Positions 35,640-48,100 of a stretch of 64,000 nucleotides of DNA are shown here, piece by piece. The first letter of the stretch is position 1; the number at the start of each line of letters is the position of its first letter. The stretch covers positions 2,108,001 to 2,172,000 of the forward strand of contig NC_088792.1 in NCBI RefSeq assembly GCF_011386835.1, given 5' to 3'. A program made the translations under genes and the position numbers. Under the pieces are notes generated by a model. That model worked only from the letters and a program-made list of their open reading frames with translations, did not search any database and had not been told where the DNA came from. The stretch comes from Chrysemys picta bellii. Its lineage: Eukaryota.

Positions 35640-36235
35640 CATCACAGTGTGTGTGTGAACATGTATGGTGCATGCATGTTGCAAGTGTGCAGCACGTGTG
35701 AGCATACCCAGGACACGTCTGTGTGACTGTGCAGCGTGTATGTGTGTGCATGTGCAGATCTGTGTGTGACTGATGTGTATGCATGCATGTGCAATGTGTA
35801 CATCTGGGTGCGCGTGCAGAGCTGTGTGTGCAGTGTGTATCTCTGTGTGTGCAAATCTTTGGGTGCATTGTGTGTGTGTGCACAGTGGGTATATGTGTAC
35901 AGATCTGCATGTGTGAGTGTGCACAGGGTATATCTGTTCAGATCTGTGTGTGCAGATGTGTGTGTGCACGGTGTATATCTGGGTGTGTGCATGATGTGTA
36001 TGTGAGTGTGCATGGTGCGTATCAGTGTGAGTGTGCACAGGGTGTGTGTGTGTGCATGGTGTGTATCTGTGTGTGCAGATAGGTGTGTGTGTGTACGGTG
36101 TGTATCTGCGTATATGTGTGCATGGTGTGTATCTGTATGAGTGTGTGTGTGCATGGTGTGTGTCTGTGTATGAGTGTGTGTGTGTGTGCACGGTGTGTGT
36201 CTGTATATCGGCATGTGCAGTGTGTGTGTGCACAG
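35640..36235. repeat. Degenerate (TG)n-rich low-complexity tract in the ZBED 3' region
   Basis: TGTGTG/ATCTG mosaic repeat; its paralogous copy is at 55660-56385. Confidence 0.9.
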
Positions 36236-36440
36236 ATCCGGGGCAGATTGCTGATGCCCCATTCCTAAGGGTAAGATTTTGTCATGGTTATTTTTAGTAA
36301 AACTCAGGGACAGGTCAGGGGCAATAAACAAAAATTCAAGGAGCCCCTGACCTGTCCATGACTGTAGTAAACACCGGGAGCAGGGCTAAATGGGGGGGAG
36401 GAATGGAGTCCGGGGTGGGGGACGACGAGGACTAATAGGC

Positions 36441-36922
36441 TGTGACGAACTGGGTCTGTTCTGAATGTGGTCTTTGAATGCTGAGTGGGGAGTTTGGCTG
36501 GGACGGTCTGCACGGGGGGGATGGGAGTGAGGGAAGATACCTGAGGATGTAACGTGAGAACCCAGGAGGGGGCTGGGGCCAGGTGACACCTCTGCCCGGG
36601 AAACTGGACAAAGGCTGCGGGAGGAGCTGGGGGGAGGCTGGGTGAGAGATGCTGGAGGGAGTTGGAGTTGTCAGGAGCTGGCTGGTAATGGAGGGAGCCC
36701 AGACAGGGCTCTGACCCCCCCCCCAACGGGGCTGTGGTGCCCCTGGGACCCCAAGATGGACCTAACTGAGGGGGGCCCTGTTGTCAGTGCCTGCAAGACC
36801 TGTCTTGGACTGTGTTCCTGTCGTCTAAATAAACCTTCTGCTTTACTGGCTGGCTGAGAGTCATGGTGAATGGCAGGAAGCCGGGGGGGCAGGGCCTTGT
36901 GTCCCCCCAATACTCCGTGACA
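36441..36922 (+). mobile_element. Solo LTR (482 bp)
   Basis: TGTGACG...CGTGACA termini, TSD TAGGC (36436-36440, 36923-36927), internal AATAAA. Same family as 60543-61038. Confidence 0.9.
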
Positions 36923-37129
36923 TAGGCCAACACCCCCGGCTCCAGCGGGGGCGCAGCCACTGGGGGCACAGAGCCCCCTGCTCTGGAGCTGGCTGCAGCG
37001 CTGGGACAATGGTGCCCGGGGACCCCACGGGGCAGGGGCTGCAGGGTCGTGCTTCCAGCCACCGGCCCCAGCGGGGTCCCGCGGAGCCGCCTCGCCCCCG
37101 CTTTGCAGAACGTGCTGCTGGCCCTTTAA

Positions 37130-37245
37130 ATGTTCCCGCCCCGGGAGCTGTTGCCACGGCCCCTGTTGCCATGGCAACGCTGCGGGGGGGGCACCCGCCC
37201 CATGAAGGGCTCGGCCGGGAGCGAGCAGGCGGCTGCGCCAGGTGA
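37130..37245 (+). promoter_or_regulatory. Proximal LRRC61 promoter or first exon with a palindromic RFX X-box
   Basis: Perfect GTTGCCATGGCAAC at 37165-37178, a half-site GTTGCCACGG at 37150, TTTAAA near 37126 and donor CAG|GTGAGG at 37241/37242. Confidence 0.65.
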
Positions 37246-38316
37246 GGGGCTGCGGGTGGGGGACACGGGGCGGCACGGCTCGGGTCCTGTGAATGCAGCG
37301 TGGGGGGTGAGCATGTGTGTCCGTGTCTGTGTGTGTTCATCCGTTTCCGTGTGTGCGGCCATCCACGTGTGCATCCGTGTGTGTGCATGTGATTGTGTTC
37401 ATCCTTGTGAGCGCCCCATATACATTCATGTAGCTATGTCGCTCTGCGACACACCTGTGTGTGTGTGATGCACGCGTGTACATCCGTGTGCACAGGCGTG
37501 TCTGGCTCTGCACACGTCGGTGTGCATGTGCATTCCCGGGCTCCCGCCAGCCCCGCAGGGGGCAGGGGTTGGTGGCGGAAGCTCCCCCACCCCCCGCGCG
37601 CTCTCCCTGGCCCACTGGCGGTGGCAGGCTGCAGACGGCCTGTTTCCCTAATTCCCTATTTCCAACCCCCCCTTTTGCTTCATTGGGATGGAAACGCCCC
37701 TCCCCCACCTCTCCTGCTCCCTCCCCACCTGCACCCCGCACACGTTTGCAGGCCAATCATTGCAGCCTTGGCCTCCTAGTGCCTGCGCCCCCCCGCTGCG
37801 CTCTCTCCCCCTCCCCCCCCAGCGCCTGGCAATCAAAGCAGCCGGAGCTCCGGCCATGGCGTGGGCTGGAAGGGGACACAGAAGAAGCCAGGGAGACCCC
37901 TGACCCATGGGGTGCGTGTGGGGGCGTTAGTACCACAGACGGCAGCTTCAGCACCAGGGGCCAGCAGGCCACAGAGCCGCCCGGAGCGCCCAGCTGGGTG
38001 CCGGGGCGGGGCTCAAGGGGGCTCCGGCCCTGCTGGCGGAGGGGCCTGCTGGCGGGAAGGAGGCGGCTGGGCTTGGGCAGGGTCCTGATCCCGTCTCTCT
38101 TCCCTTCCAGGGGCTGGTGCGTTGCCGGCGTGACCCAGCGTGGCCGCACGGGCAGCGGGCTCCAGGGGGCCCCCTGGGGCAGAGGCGCCTGGAAGGGGCA
38201 AAGCGCTTTCCCGGACCTGGCCCAGCTCGGGGTGTGCAGAGGTTCTCCGCGCCGTGGCTGAGTGGCTGTGGGCTGCTCGGGCCCTGCCTGAGCCGTAGGG
38301 CGGCGGCCCGGCCGCG

Positions 38317-39108
38317 ATGGAGCCCTGGGCGGAGAAGGGGGACGAGGGCGAGAACGTCAGGGTCACCGCCCAGCTGCTGAAGGCCAAGACGGGCGAGTTC
38401 GCCCTGGAGTCCATCCTGCTGCTGAAGCTGCGGGGCCTGGGCATCTCGGAGCTGGGCTGCCTGGGCGAGTGCGCCAGCCTGGAGTGGCTGGACCTCTCCG
38501 GCAACGCCATCTCCCACCTGGGCCCCCTGGCTGCCCTCAAGTCCCTGGCTGTCCTCAACCTCTCGGCCAACCGCGTCTGCAGCCTGGAGCCGCTCGGCGC
38601 CTGCGAGAGCCTGCAGAGCCTCAACGTGGCCGGCAACCTGCTGGGCAACTTGCAGCAGCTGCAGTGCCTGGCGGGGCTGCGCCGGCTAGAGAGCCTGCGT
38701 CTGCACGACGCCCGGGCCCGCCTCAGCAACCCCGTCTGCGCCTCCGGGGCCTACCGCAGCGCCCTGGGGGACCTGCTCCCCGGCCTCAAGGCCATCGACG
38801 GCGAGCGGGTGTCCGGGCGCGGCAGCGAGCTCTACCAGCTCTGCAGGGACCTGGACAGCTCCCTGGAGCGGGGCGGCAGCGGCGGGGCGGGCAGCCCGGA
38901 GCCGCCGGGCGCGGCCCTGCCCTGGGTGGAGGAGGGCTACTGGGAGCGGAGGCCGGCTCGGCGCAGCTCCATCATGGAGGAGGCCTACAAGCAGTTCAAC
39001 GACGTGCTGCGGGAGTGCCGGGAGCTGAGCGAGAGGGCGGACGACACCATCTCCCAGGCGGAGCGGGCCCTGAGCGTCCGCAGCGACCCCAGCTCCTACG
39101 TGTTCTGA
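38317..39108 (+). CDS. LRRC61: Leucine-rich repeat-containing protein 61 (263 aa, single coding exon)
   Basis: Closely matches recalled human LRRC61 (TGEF.LESILLLKLRGLG, LEWLDLSGNA, LSNP.C, IDGERV.GRGSE.YQLCRDLDSSL, C-terminal SS.VF). Acceptor at 38110/38111; AATAAA at 40567-40572. Confidence 0.96.
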   Translation: MEPWAEKGDEGENVRVTAQLLKAKTGEFALESILLLKLRGLGISELGCLGECASLEWLDLSGNAISHLGPLAALKSLAVLNLSANRVCSLEPLGACESLQSLNVAGNLLGNLQQLQCLAGLRRLESLRLHDARARLSNPVCASGAYRSALGDLLPGLKAIDGERVSGRGSELYQLCRDLDSSLERGGSGGAGSPEPPGAALPWVEEGYWERRPARRSSIMEEAYKQFNDVLRECRELSERADDTISQAERALSVRSDPSSYVF

Positions 39109-42100
39109 GCCGCCCGCCGGGGCGAAGCTGGGGATCTGCCTCCATCGCCCGGCTCCACGGAGGCCCATGCCCGAGTCTCCGCCTGCAAAGCCCCCTGCCC
39201 TCTAGCCCCGTGCCCTGCCTGCCTGGACGGCAACCCACAGAATGACGGCCCCTGTGTGCCCCCGCCCCCGGCCTTCCTCTTCTCCTGACCACAGCCGGCT
39301 TGAGGCCCTGGGGCGCTGGCCCCGGCCCCTCATCCCAAGCTGATCTGACTCTGCCCCGAAGCCAGAGGGGAGTTTGGGGCCCAAGCAAGAGGGGCTCCAG
39401 GAGCCGACTGGACGGAGGGGCCCAGCCCTGCAGCGAGGCGCACCTGGGTCTGAGCCGATGGGCCCAGCCATGGAGCCCCAGCACCGGTGTGCGTGGGAGC
39501 CCCTGGAGCGGGGCCTGTGGAGTGCTGGGCGCCGGCGAGCCTGGGGGCTTTTCCAGATCTCCCCACAGCACCCCGCCAGTTCCCCTCAGGCCTCAGGGCC
39601 GCCCCCAGCTCTCTCCACCCTGGGCTTAATTCTCAGATTGCTGAGAGGAGCCGGGCTGGCGGCCCTGGAGACAATTCCACCAGCAGGCACCGTGCGGGCA
39701 GCTCAGGGCAAGCGGCCCACCACCAACGGGCACCGGCCCCGCCTGCCCCATGGCTCACTCCCTCGCTCCTTGGCCTCTCAGCTCACGGGGCCAGTGGGGG
39801 CCAGAGGCAGTGATGGGTTTGGGGAGGGGACCCCCCCACATCCTTCCCTTTGAGTCTCCTTCCCGCAGGCAGCCCGCCAGCTGCCAGCAGGGCCCAGCGT
39901 TCAGTCCCTACCGGCCAGGGTCCTGGGGGAACCCGTCCCTTTACTAGGGCAGCACCTTCCCTCTCCCCCCGTTGTCCCTCCCAACCCAGTGCCAGCGCGA
40001 GAACCGGCCGGCTGACCCCGGTGGCAGAGAGGAGGCGGGGGGACCTGTAGTCTGTTTGAACCCCAGTCTGCTGGTGAAGGGCAGCTCTGCCAGCTGTGTG
40101 GGGCCCTGGCAGCATCCCCCGCCGGGGAACGCCAGCCGGGCTCCCGTCTGGTGCGTGCCCTGGCACATTGCTCTGAGACCTGCCAGGGACTGGGGATGGT
40201 GCACAGCTGACCCCATGGGATTTTTCCTCCATCCGAGGCTGGCAGGAGCCCGTCGGACCGCTGGCGCGGAGGCAGGTGGGCAGCGGTGCCCTGCACGCTG
40301 GACTAGACAGGAGCAGAGGCCAGGACCAGCCCTAGCGCTGACTGCGGCAAGTGTCCCTGAGCCGCTGGGAGGAAGGAGCGGTCAGCCTGCTTCCTGGGGG
40401 GCAGGACCAAGGGGAGGGGTGGGACGATCCTCCGGGCTCAGGGGGAGGAGGGGACACAGCCATGGGCGACCAAGGGGAGGCAGGCCTGGGAACTGCCCAT
40501 TCCGGCACCATTGGCCCTGCCCAGTGTGGAAGTGCCGCGGTGCCACGTGAAGAGATTTGCCTGTGAAATAAATGTGTTGTCTGCTCCCTGGCCCCTGCCT
40601 CTGTGCCCAGTCTGTAGAGCCGGGGGCACCCCAGCTGTCCTCTGACGAGCTGGACTGCGGGACCTCCCTGCCACAAGGGGGGCCTGATAAGCTTGGGGTT
40701 CTTAAGCCCCTGCCCAGGTGAGTTCTGGGGGCTGCACCCCTCGCCCCGGCTCTGTCCCCCAGGTCCCTGCCTGCCTGGCCTGGTCCTTCGCCCCAGCACC
40801 CTCCTGCTTCCTGGCGGCTGGATCGTAAAACTCACGAGGGTGCTTCAGGGGGTGATTTCCACACCCCGGGGGCACCACACCCAGCTAAATGCTCCATCCC
40901 CGAGCGAGGCGGGGCAGAGCCCGGGGACCCAGCCGGGTGGGAGAGCGGGTGACAGACTCCCGGGCTGCCCGGCCACGGCAGGCAGGAGACGATGCGCTGG
41001 AGCAGACAACCCATGGGGGCAATCCGGGGCGGCGGGAGCAGGCCCAACATATCCCCTTGACCCGAGAAATACCCTGGGGGGCCGGCTGGGCAGCCCCTGG
41101 CTGAATAACCCTTCCGAAGTGGGGCTCTGGCTTTATTGGGGATGAACAGCCGGGCGATGGAGCTGAGCGAGGCGGGGGTGGGGAGAAGGAGCAGCAGGAT
41201 CCGTTGGCCAGGCAGCTCTGCCCGGCCTGGTGCTGGAGCGGGCGCAGTGTCTGACGGGCAGGGGTGGTCGCCGGGTCTCCGCTGGGCAGCGCCGATAGCA
41301 GCGTCCTTCCGCGGGTTGAGGGTCCCAGAGTTGCCCAGGCTGGCTAGGGGAAGAGGAGATATGCTATAGGGTTAGCATTGCGGCTGGGGGCTCTGGGGGA
41401 TCCCCACCCCACTGCTCTCCAGGCTGGGTTTGTTTCTGGGAGTTGGAGGAGGCGTCCGCCCCTGCGTCAGAGCAGCCGAGTGGGTCACGTTCGCAGAGAG
41501 CCAAGCTGCGGCCCTGGGGAGCGGCTGCCTGGGGCAGGAGCGAGGGCACCCCTTCCGCACCCAGGGGCCCGCAGGCATGCCTGCCGGCTGGCACTCCGGC
41601 CCCCATGGGGGTGCTCTGAGCTCAGCTCCGAGGGCACACCCGTCCGTCTGTCACAGACCGTGATGTTCCAGCCTGCGCTGCTCCGGGGCCCATTTGCTCC
41701 TTGGCCTCTGCTGGGGCTGCCAGCCAGCGGGCGACGGGGGCGGGGGGGGGGGACGGGGGCGCGGGTTGTGACCTGGACCCACCCCCAAGGACTCACTGGA
41801 GCCCAGCAAACTCACTGCTCCACAGCCAGCGAGCAGCGCCCAGACGGAACACTTGCTCACCGCTGCCCTGGGTGAGCCCGAGTCTCTGCAGCCCAGGCCA
41901 GACCCCGGAAAGCCCTGCCCCATTGGTGCCTGCCTTTGGTCCCCCTTGGGGGCGCTGGACACACCCCCTCCCGCTATGGTGCAACTTGGCGCCCTCTGCT
42001 GGGCTGTGGGATCAGCCCCTGGGGAGGGCAGTGGGTTAAAGGGCATCAGTCCCAAGGGGAGCGGGCACAGAGCGCTCTGCAGGGGGGCTCGGCCGGAGGG

Positions 42101-42229
42101 GGGAGATATCTGCTGCCCAGCCCAGAGCCCCCGAAGGGAACCATGAGCAGCCCAGCCCCCACCTGGTCCCAGGGCCCTGCCTGCAGGTGTCCGTCCTACC
42201 ATGCTGTGGATGTGGGGGAGGCGCCCTGG

Positions 42230-45191
42230 CTAGGACGGCAGCCCTCTGGAGAAGGCAAAGACGCCGGGATGGTAGGGCGCTTCGCCCGTCTCCTGCACTG
42301 TGCTGCACTCCTGCTCGTGTCTCGTCTCCATCTCCTGCAGGGGCAGAGGCGTCAGGTCACAGGGTGGCCACGGTTCCGGCCAGGGAGCTGGTGCGGATCC
42401 GGCCCCAAGCAGCACCCCGGGGGCATGGGCTGGGCCCAGCGCTGTTGGCACCATCAGTCTGCACAGAGCATGGAACCGCTGAGCCTCGGTGCTCACGTGC
42501 TGCATGCGTGTGCCTGTCGGTGTGCATGTTGTGGGCATGTGCATGTCCTGGCATCTACCAGGAGCACAGGTGTCCGTCCATCCCCTGTGCGCAGACCCAT
42601 GCTGCACCTGGGGGTGGCCCCACCCAGCACGGCTCCCAGGCCCCTTGCCGACATGTCGGATTTTCCCAGCACCTGCTCCCAGGAGAGCGGCTCTGCGCCC
42701 GATCCCTGCCCGTGGGCGCACTCACCGTCACAGGCTGCTGCTTCTCCACCCTGCAGTGCGTGTAGCTACCCAGCACCTTTCCCCCGCTGCGGGAGTCAAA
42801 CTTGACACAAGCCAGGCAGATCTGCTTCCTCTGAGGAGAGAGGGACCAAGTGAAGCCTCCAGCCCCGTGGGCAGCGCCCGGGGGCTGCCGAGAACATGCA
42901 GCAGCTCTGCCCAGCCAGCTCCCCCTGCTGCACGTGTCCCCAGGGCCGTCTGTGCCCCTCCCTCACCGCGGGGGATGTTCCCCCTCGCACCCGCAGGTCG
43001 GTGCACCCCCCCACACACCCCTGCCCCAATCCATATAGGTGCTGCGCTCCCCAGTCTGTGTCCCCCGCACAGCCAGAGCCACATGGTGACTTGTCCCTGG
43101 GGAGTCCCTGGCAGAGCAGGGACCGGAGTCCAGCACCTTGCCCCGCGGGCAGCCGCCTCCAGCCCCCACCATGCAGCTGAGCTCCCCTGCTCCGCGCACA
43201 CTCAGCCGCGTGCCAGCGCTCAGCCCCTCCCTGCCGCTCGCACGCTCCCTCGCTCTGCACTCCTCCCTGGGGCCCGGCGGAGCTGGGGGCTGCCGCCCAC
43301 CTCATTCCCGGGTCGGGGAGAGCGTCACCGCAGCCCCGCTCCCCGGTGGAGGGGGAGGAAATGACCCTCCGGAGCAGTGACCCAGCCCCACGGACAGACA
43401 GAGGTCGGAGGCGGCTGGCCCCTCGCTCACCCCTCTGCGTTTGAGGGCGCAGTCCTGTCTGCTCCCCGGCTGGTTCCGGCACTGGGTCTGCTGGAGCCTG
43501 ACCCGCAGCCGCACAAAGGGCCCTGCCGGATACTCCTGGAACCAAAGAGAAACCAGGGTCAGCAAAGCGCCTCTGGCAGCTCCTGCCAGAGCCCCGGGAT
43601 GCGCGGGGCCCTGAGGAAACGCCCTGCGTGCTAAGGGGACTGTGCATTGCTCACTGTGACTAGCCAGTGCTCGGGTGCGCTGGAGACTCCAGCCCAGCAT
43701 GGAGCCAGGGGCCTGGGCACGCGGCCTGCACCAACCAGCCGCCTCCGGGATACAGCCTCACTCGCCCGCCATGACGCGACCCTGTGAGGGGCAGTGTCAC
43801 CCCAGGCGACGGAGGGGCTGGTAGAGACTCCCTCTGCCTTGTGCCGCTCCCGGCCCCCAAGTCTGACAGGACGTCCAACGCGCCCGCGCCCATGAGCAGC
43901 GGTGTCCGCAGAGGAGCCTGGGAGAAGCCCCTGAGCGCCCCGCGGCCTGTGCTGGAGTGTGGGGGGTTCGGGAAGGGGCCAACGGCTGGTGGGTTACGTC
44001 TCCGGGGGGGCCGAGGGGCACAGCCGGGAGGAAAAGCTGCCACCGGAGAGGCCGGGCACTGTGGGCAGCCAGCCCGAGCTCGGCCGCAGCATGCGAGGAA
44101 GCTGCAGCAGGCCCTGGAGCGCCCGGGAGAGCGGGTGACAGCCCAGGGAGGGGCAGCGAGGGATTGTGAGCAGCACCAGCAGCTGCCAATGCGCAGCCCT
44201 GGACTGAACCCCAGGGGAGCGGGTGGGCTTGGGGTCCCCCCTCAGGAGGGGGAGGGGCGGGGCGAGCCTGGGGAGCAAAGGGGCGGGGCTACTGGGACGT
44301 CACCACTCCTAGGCCCCCAGCAGTGCCCCGCACCCTGTGCCTGCCGCTGGCTGCCCCCTCAGGGGGGCCGGGCACAGTTCATGTGTAGCTGAGCTCTGCA
44401 AGGCAACACCCATTCGCCTCTGACAAGGCTGGCCAGGTGCCCGCAGCCCAGCCTAGCCCCCCCTGGGCCAGGACGCTGAGCCCCGTTAGCTGGAACCAGC
44501 TCTCCCGACCGACGCCCGCCTCGTGCTGCCTGCAGGGCCGTGAGCAGCTCCGCGGGGCCAGGCTCCGTCCTGCTTTCCCCATTCTGGCTGCGCAGAGCCC
44601 TGGCCGCCCTGCCCTCTCCCCTAGCCGGCCTTGTCCCCCCAGGCGATGCACGACGCATGGGCCACTGGGAGTGTTGAGCATGGCTGTGTCTGCACCAAGC
44701 TCTGCAGAGCTCCAGTTCATCCCCAGGCCCCTGCCCACCGCCATCCCACCCCCCTCCCTGTACCCAAACCCAGTCCTCCCCACAGCTCCCCTTCCCTGCC
44801 CCCAGCCAGTCTCCGCAGACCTCCTCCGTCCTCACCCATGGGCGCTGTGTACCCCCACCGCAAACCCACCCAGAGGGGCTCTCAGCCATGAGAGTCCCAC
44901 GTTCCTTTCGTCCCACAGGCCGGGTAGACAGGAATCACTTCCCCCAACACTGCGGAGCAGCCACCTCTGGGGAGGGACTCAGCAGCTCAGCGCACAGCAA
45001 TGCGTCGCCGGCTCTCACGCACTCACTGTTTCAGTGACGTCTTCCACGGCCTGTTTCTTGTACACCCATTGCACCAATTTCTTGTTGTGAAAATCCTCCA
45101 GCACCAAGTCCACCACCATCTCCTGCAGCGTCAATTCGCTAGCCGCAGCCAGGGCCACCAAGCCCAAGCCCAGAACTAGCAGCCCCTTCAT
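42230..45191 (-). CDS. RARRES2: Chemerin / retinoic acid receptor responder 2, copy 1 (159 aa); coding exons 45191-45027, 43535-43431, 42830-42726, 42334-42230
   Basis: Signal peptide, all phase-0 GT-AG junctions and six cysteines. Motifs P.G.FVRL...LQQT.C, CLAC.K and C-terminal YHPGVFAFS-RGLPS (human YFPGQFAFS-KALPRS). Convergent with LRRC61 as in human. Candidate polyA signal at 41132-41137. Confidence 0.93.
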
Positions 45192-48100
45192 CTGTGCGGG
45201 TGGCGAATGGATCCCAGGGAGCCGTCTGCCCCTCTCCCCCACCCCAAGAACTCCCCTCTGTTGATCTTAGTCTTCCATTAACTAATTCCCCAGAAGCTGC
45301 CCTACTCCTCCCCCTGCCCGGCCAGCACCCTGCCCATTGCAATCTCGGTCATCGATTTGTTGTCGGGAGCTGCTGGAGAGAGGCAGGCAAAGTTGGCACA
45401 GCCCGGCCGTGGGGTGGGGCAGGAGGGAGGGCGAGCCAGGGGAACGGGATGCCCAGTTCCTGGTGGCCTGGAAGCTCTGTCCTGTGCCTGGTCACTAAAC
45501 CCATCTCGCCTCTAGGGCCGGATTGAACGAGCCCATCGGTGCTGCAGCCGCAGGTCCCTGGAGCCAGAGCACATCCTTTCTTGGCTCCTCTTCCCGGCTG
45601 TGTCCGGGGGAAGCTCGGCACGCCCTGCGGGTCACCGCAATGCAGAGACCCACCGCCCTGCCAGCTCGCCCCATACCCAGCCCCCATGTGACCAGGGACA
45701 GGGGTGTGTTTGGGGTGGGGGAGGGGACGCTCAGGAGGTAGGATGGGAAGAGACCCACAGAGGTTCAGCTTCTGCGTCCCGTTGCTCCCGGCCTGGTGCT
45801 GGGACCCCCCCGGGCTGTCTCCTCCTCACAGCCCTTTGCAATCCAGGGGCATCGCCCAGCGCAGGGCACCGGGGCAGCGCACACTGAGTGAGGGGGGCAG
45901 GGTCACGTCACGGTCACTATCCCTGCAGCCCAGCGAGCGAATGGCAGAGAAAGGAACCGAACTCCCAGACCCGAGGCCGTCCCTCCGTCCCTCTTCCCAA
46001 CGGGCGCCCCGAGCTCTGAGAGCTGCAGGGGTTCTGGCTCTAGGGGCGCTGCCCACAGGGGCTCCGCAGGCTTTCCCCACCCCCGCCCTGTGAGGAGAAC
46101 GGAGCTCAGAGCAAAGCGTGGGCAGGTCCCACTGAGTCCATCTTGCTCCCTACAAGCTGGGGAACCGGGCTGTGTCCGTCCCTGGCGCTGGCTCTCCCAG
46201 CCCCCACGGCTGGATCAGTTTGTTTGTCCATTCTGGTCGCTACGTTTTATCGGAAACCTGACAGATGTTCCACCCCGAGAGAGCAGCCGTGTGGCGGAGC
46301 GGAACCTTTCCCAGGCAGGCAGGGGCCCCGTGGCATCGGGTCACTGGCTGGGAGGGCAGGTGGATTAGGCAACAGAGGAACAGAGAGCAGGGGTTGGAAA
46401 TGCTGAAGGTTGAGCTGGTTTGAAGTTCAGTGTTTCTCCGAATGGCTCGAAGAGCTGAATTCTCAGCACAGTCTGAGCGCTTGGGGAGGGCGGGGGCAGC
46501 GGAGATACTTCTCCTTAGATACTGAAGCCAGCTGTTCCCTGCTCTGTGCCTCACCCACGCCCCTAACCGTAGCCTGCCCCCCACAGCCCCTGATCCCACT
46601 TTCTCCCTGCCAACCAGACTCAACCCTCGCGCTGCTCTTCTAATCCTTCGTAAAGTACTTAAAGTACTCTCCTCCCGCCTTCAAAGTGTTCCGAGCCGAC
46701 CTCCTCTCTCCGGGCCCCATTCCCCACTGCCACCAAGCCAATCTAGCCCCCAGCTCCCCCAGCCGTGCTCCCAGCTGATTCCCTGGCCCCTGGCCGGGTT
46801 GAAAGAGAGGCGGGGGTTGGGTGTGGAGCACCTCATCTTTCTGAGAGCCAACCTGGGGAACTTCCCCGACTACCCCCTGTGACGGAGCAGGGGAGTTACA
46901 TTGGGGATGGGGGACTTCCCTTGCAGGAAGATACCTGAGCTGTAACCTGAGCCAGGAGGGGGGTGGGAGAAGTTACACCTTCTGTCCGGGAGACTCGACA
47001 AAGGAGAGGAGGAGCTGGGAGGAGGGGAAGAGAGCGGCTGGAGGAGTTTTTTAGTTTCAGTTTAGTGCTGGGTGGTGGAACACAGGGAACCCCAAGTCTC
47101 TGGAGTCTAAGCTCCCTGCCCCCCCCCCCCCCGAAGGACTTGACTGAGGGGTCCTGGTTGTACCTACAAGCTCTGTTGTAGACTGTGTTCCTATTGTCCA
47201 ATAAACCTTCCATTTTACTGGCTGGCTTAGAGTCATGGTGAATCCCAGTAAGAGGGGTGTAGGGCCCTGACTACCACACACTCCGTGATAACTGGTGGCA
47301 GCGGTGGGATCTACTGCACCCCATGGACGGCACTTTGGGGAGCAGTGAAACAAAGGGGGATTGACGGGGATTAGGTGTGCTGAAGAGTCAGAGAGAGATG
47401 GTTCCAGGGGGCGATTAACCCCTGGGAGTGTGGGAGCAGCGAGAAGGACTTTTGCAGTAACAGGGTCCCCCTGGGGATTGCAACAAGTGGTCCCGGGGCG
47501 GAGGAGTCTGCAGCTCGACCCTGGGAGAGAGGTGGTGATCTGAAGAAGGGCTGGCATACTAGGGGTCTCCCTGGAACGGTGGGAAGCGGAGAGCACAGCC
47601 CGGCGAGTGGCCAGCAGGAGGATGTATGCTAAACGCCTTAAGAGCGACCTGGTGGAGCTGTGCAGGCAGAGGGGGCTGAGCAGTAGGAGGTCCACCAAAG
47701 AACAGCTCATTGCCCAGCTGGAGGAGAGGGATCGCTTGGATGAACCGAGCCCTGTCCCTGAGGGAAGCCGCCCGGTGGATGCAGCGTGGGCCCCGGGGCC
47801 TGACATGGCTGGGGGGGGAGCAGACTGCTGCCGAGGACATCCCGAGACGCTGCCTACCTATACCTAGGGGAGGGGTTGGGGGAAGCCCAGCGAATACCGA
47901 GGACACCCCGACCCCAGTGGCCAGCAGGGGATCGTCCCGGCGGCGTTCCCTGTCCCTGGAGCTGAGGCGGCTGGAATATGAATGGGAGATGAGACTGAAA
48001 GAGCTCAAGTTAAGGCAGCAAGAACTGAAGCAGGAGCGGGAAAAACGGGAAAAGCAGCGTCAGCATGATCTGGAGGAGAAGGAGAAACAGCGTCAGCACG

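Noticed and set aside
35547-36331. His/Thr- or Cys/Val-rich ORFs (also 55560-56459)
   Set aside because: Artefacts of (TG)n/(CA)n low-complexity sequence.
42230-45191. Cathelicidin or cystatin instead of chemerin
   Set aside because: The six-cysteine pattern, the FAFS C-terminus, the exon structure and the position next to LRRC61 fit RARRES2.
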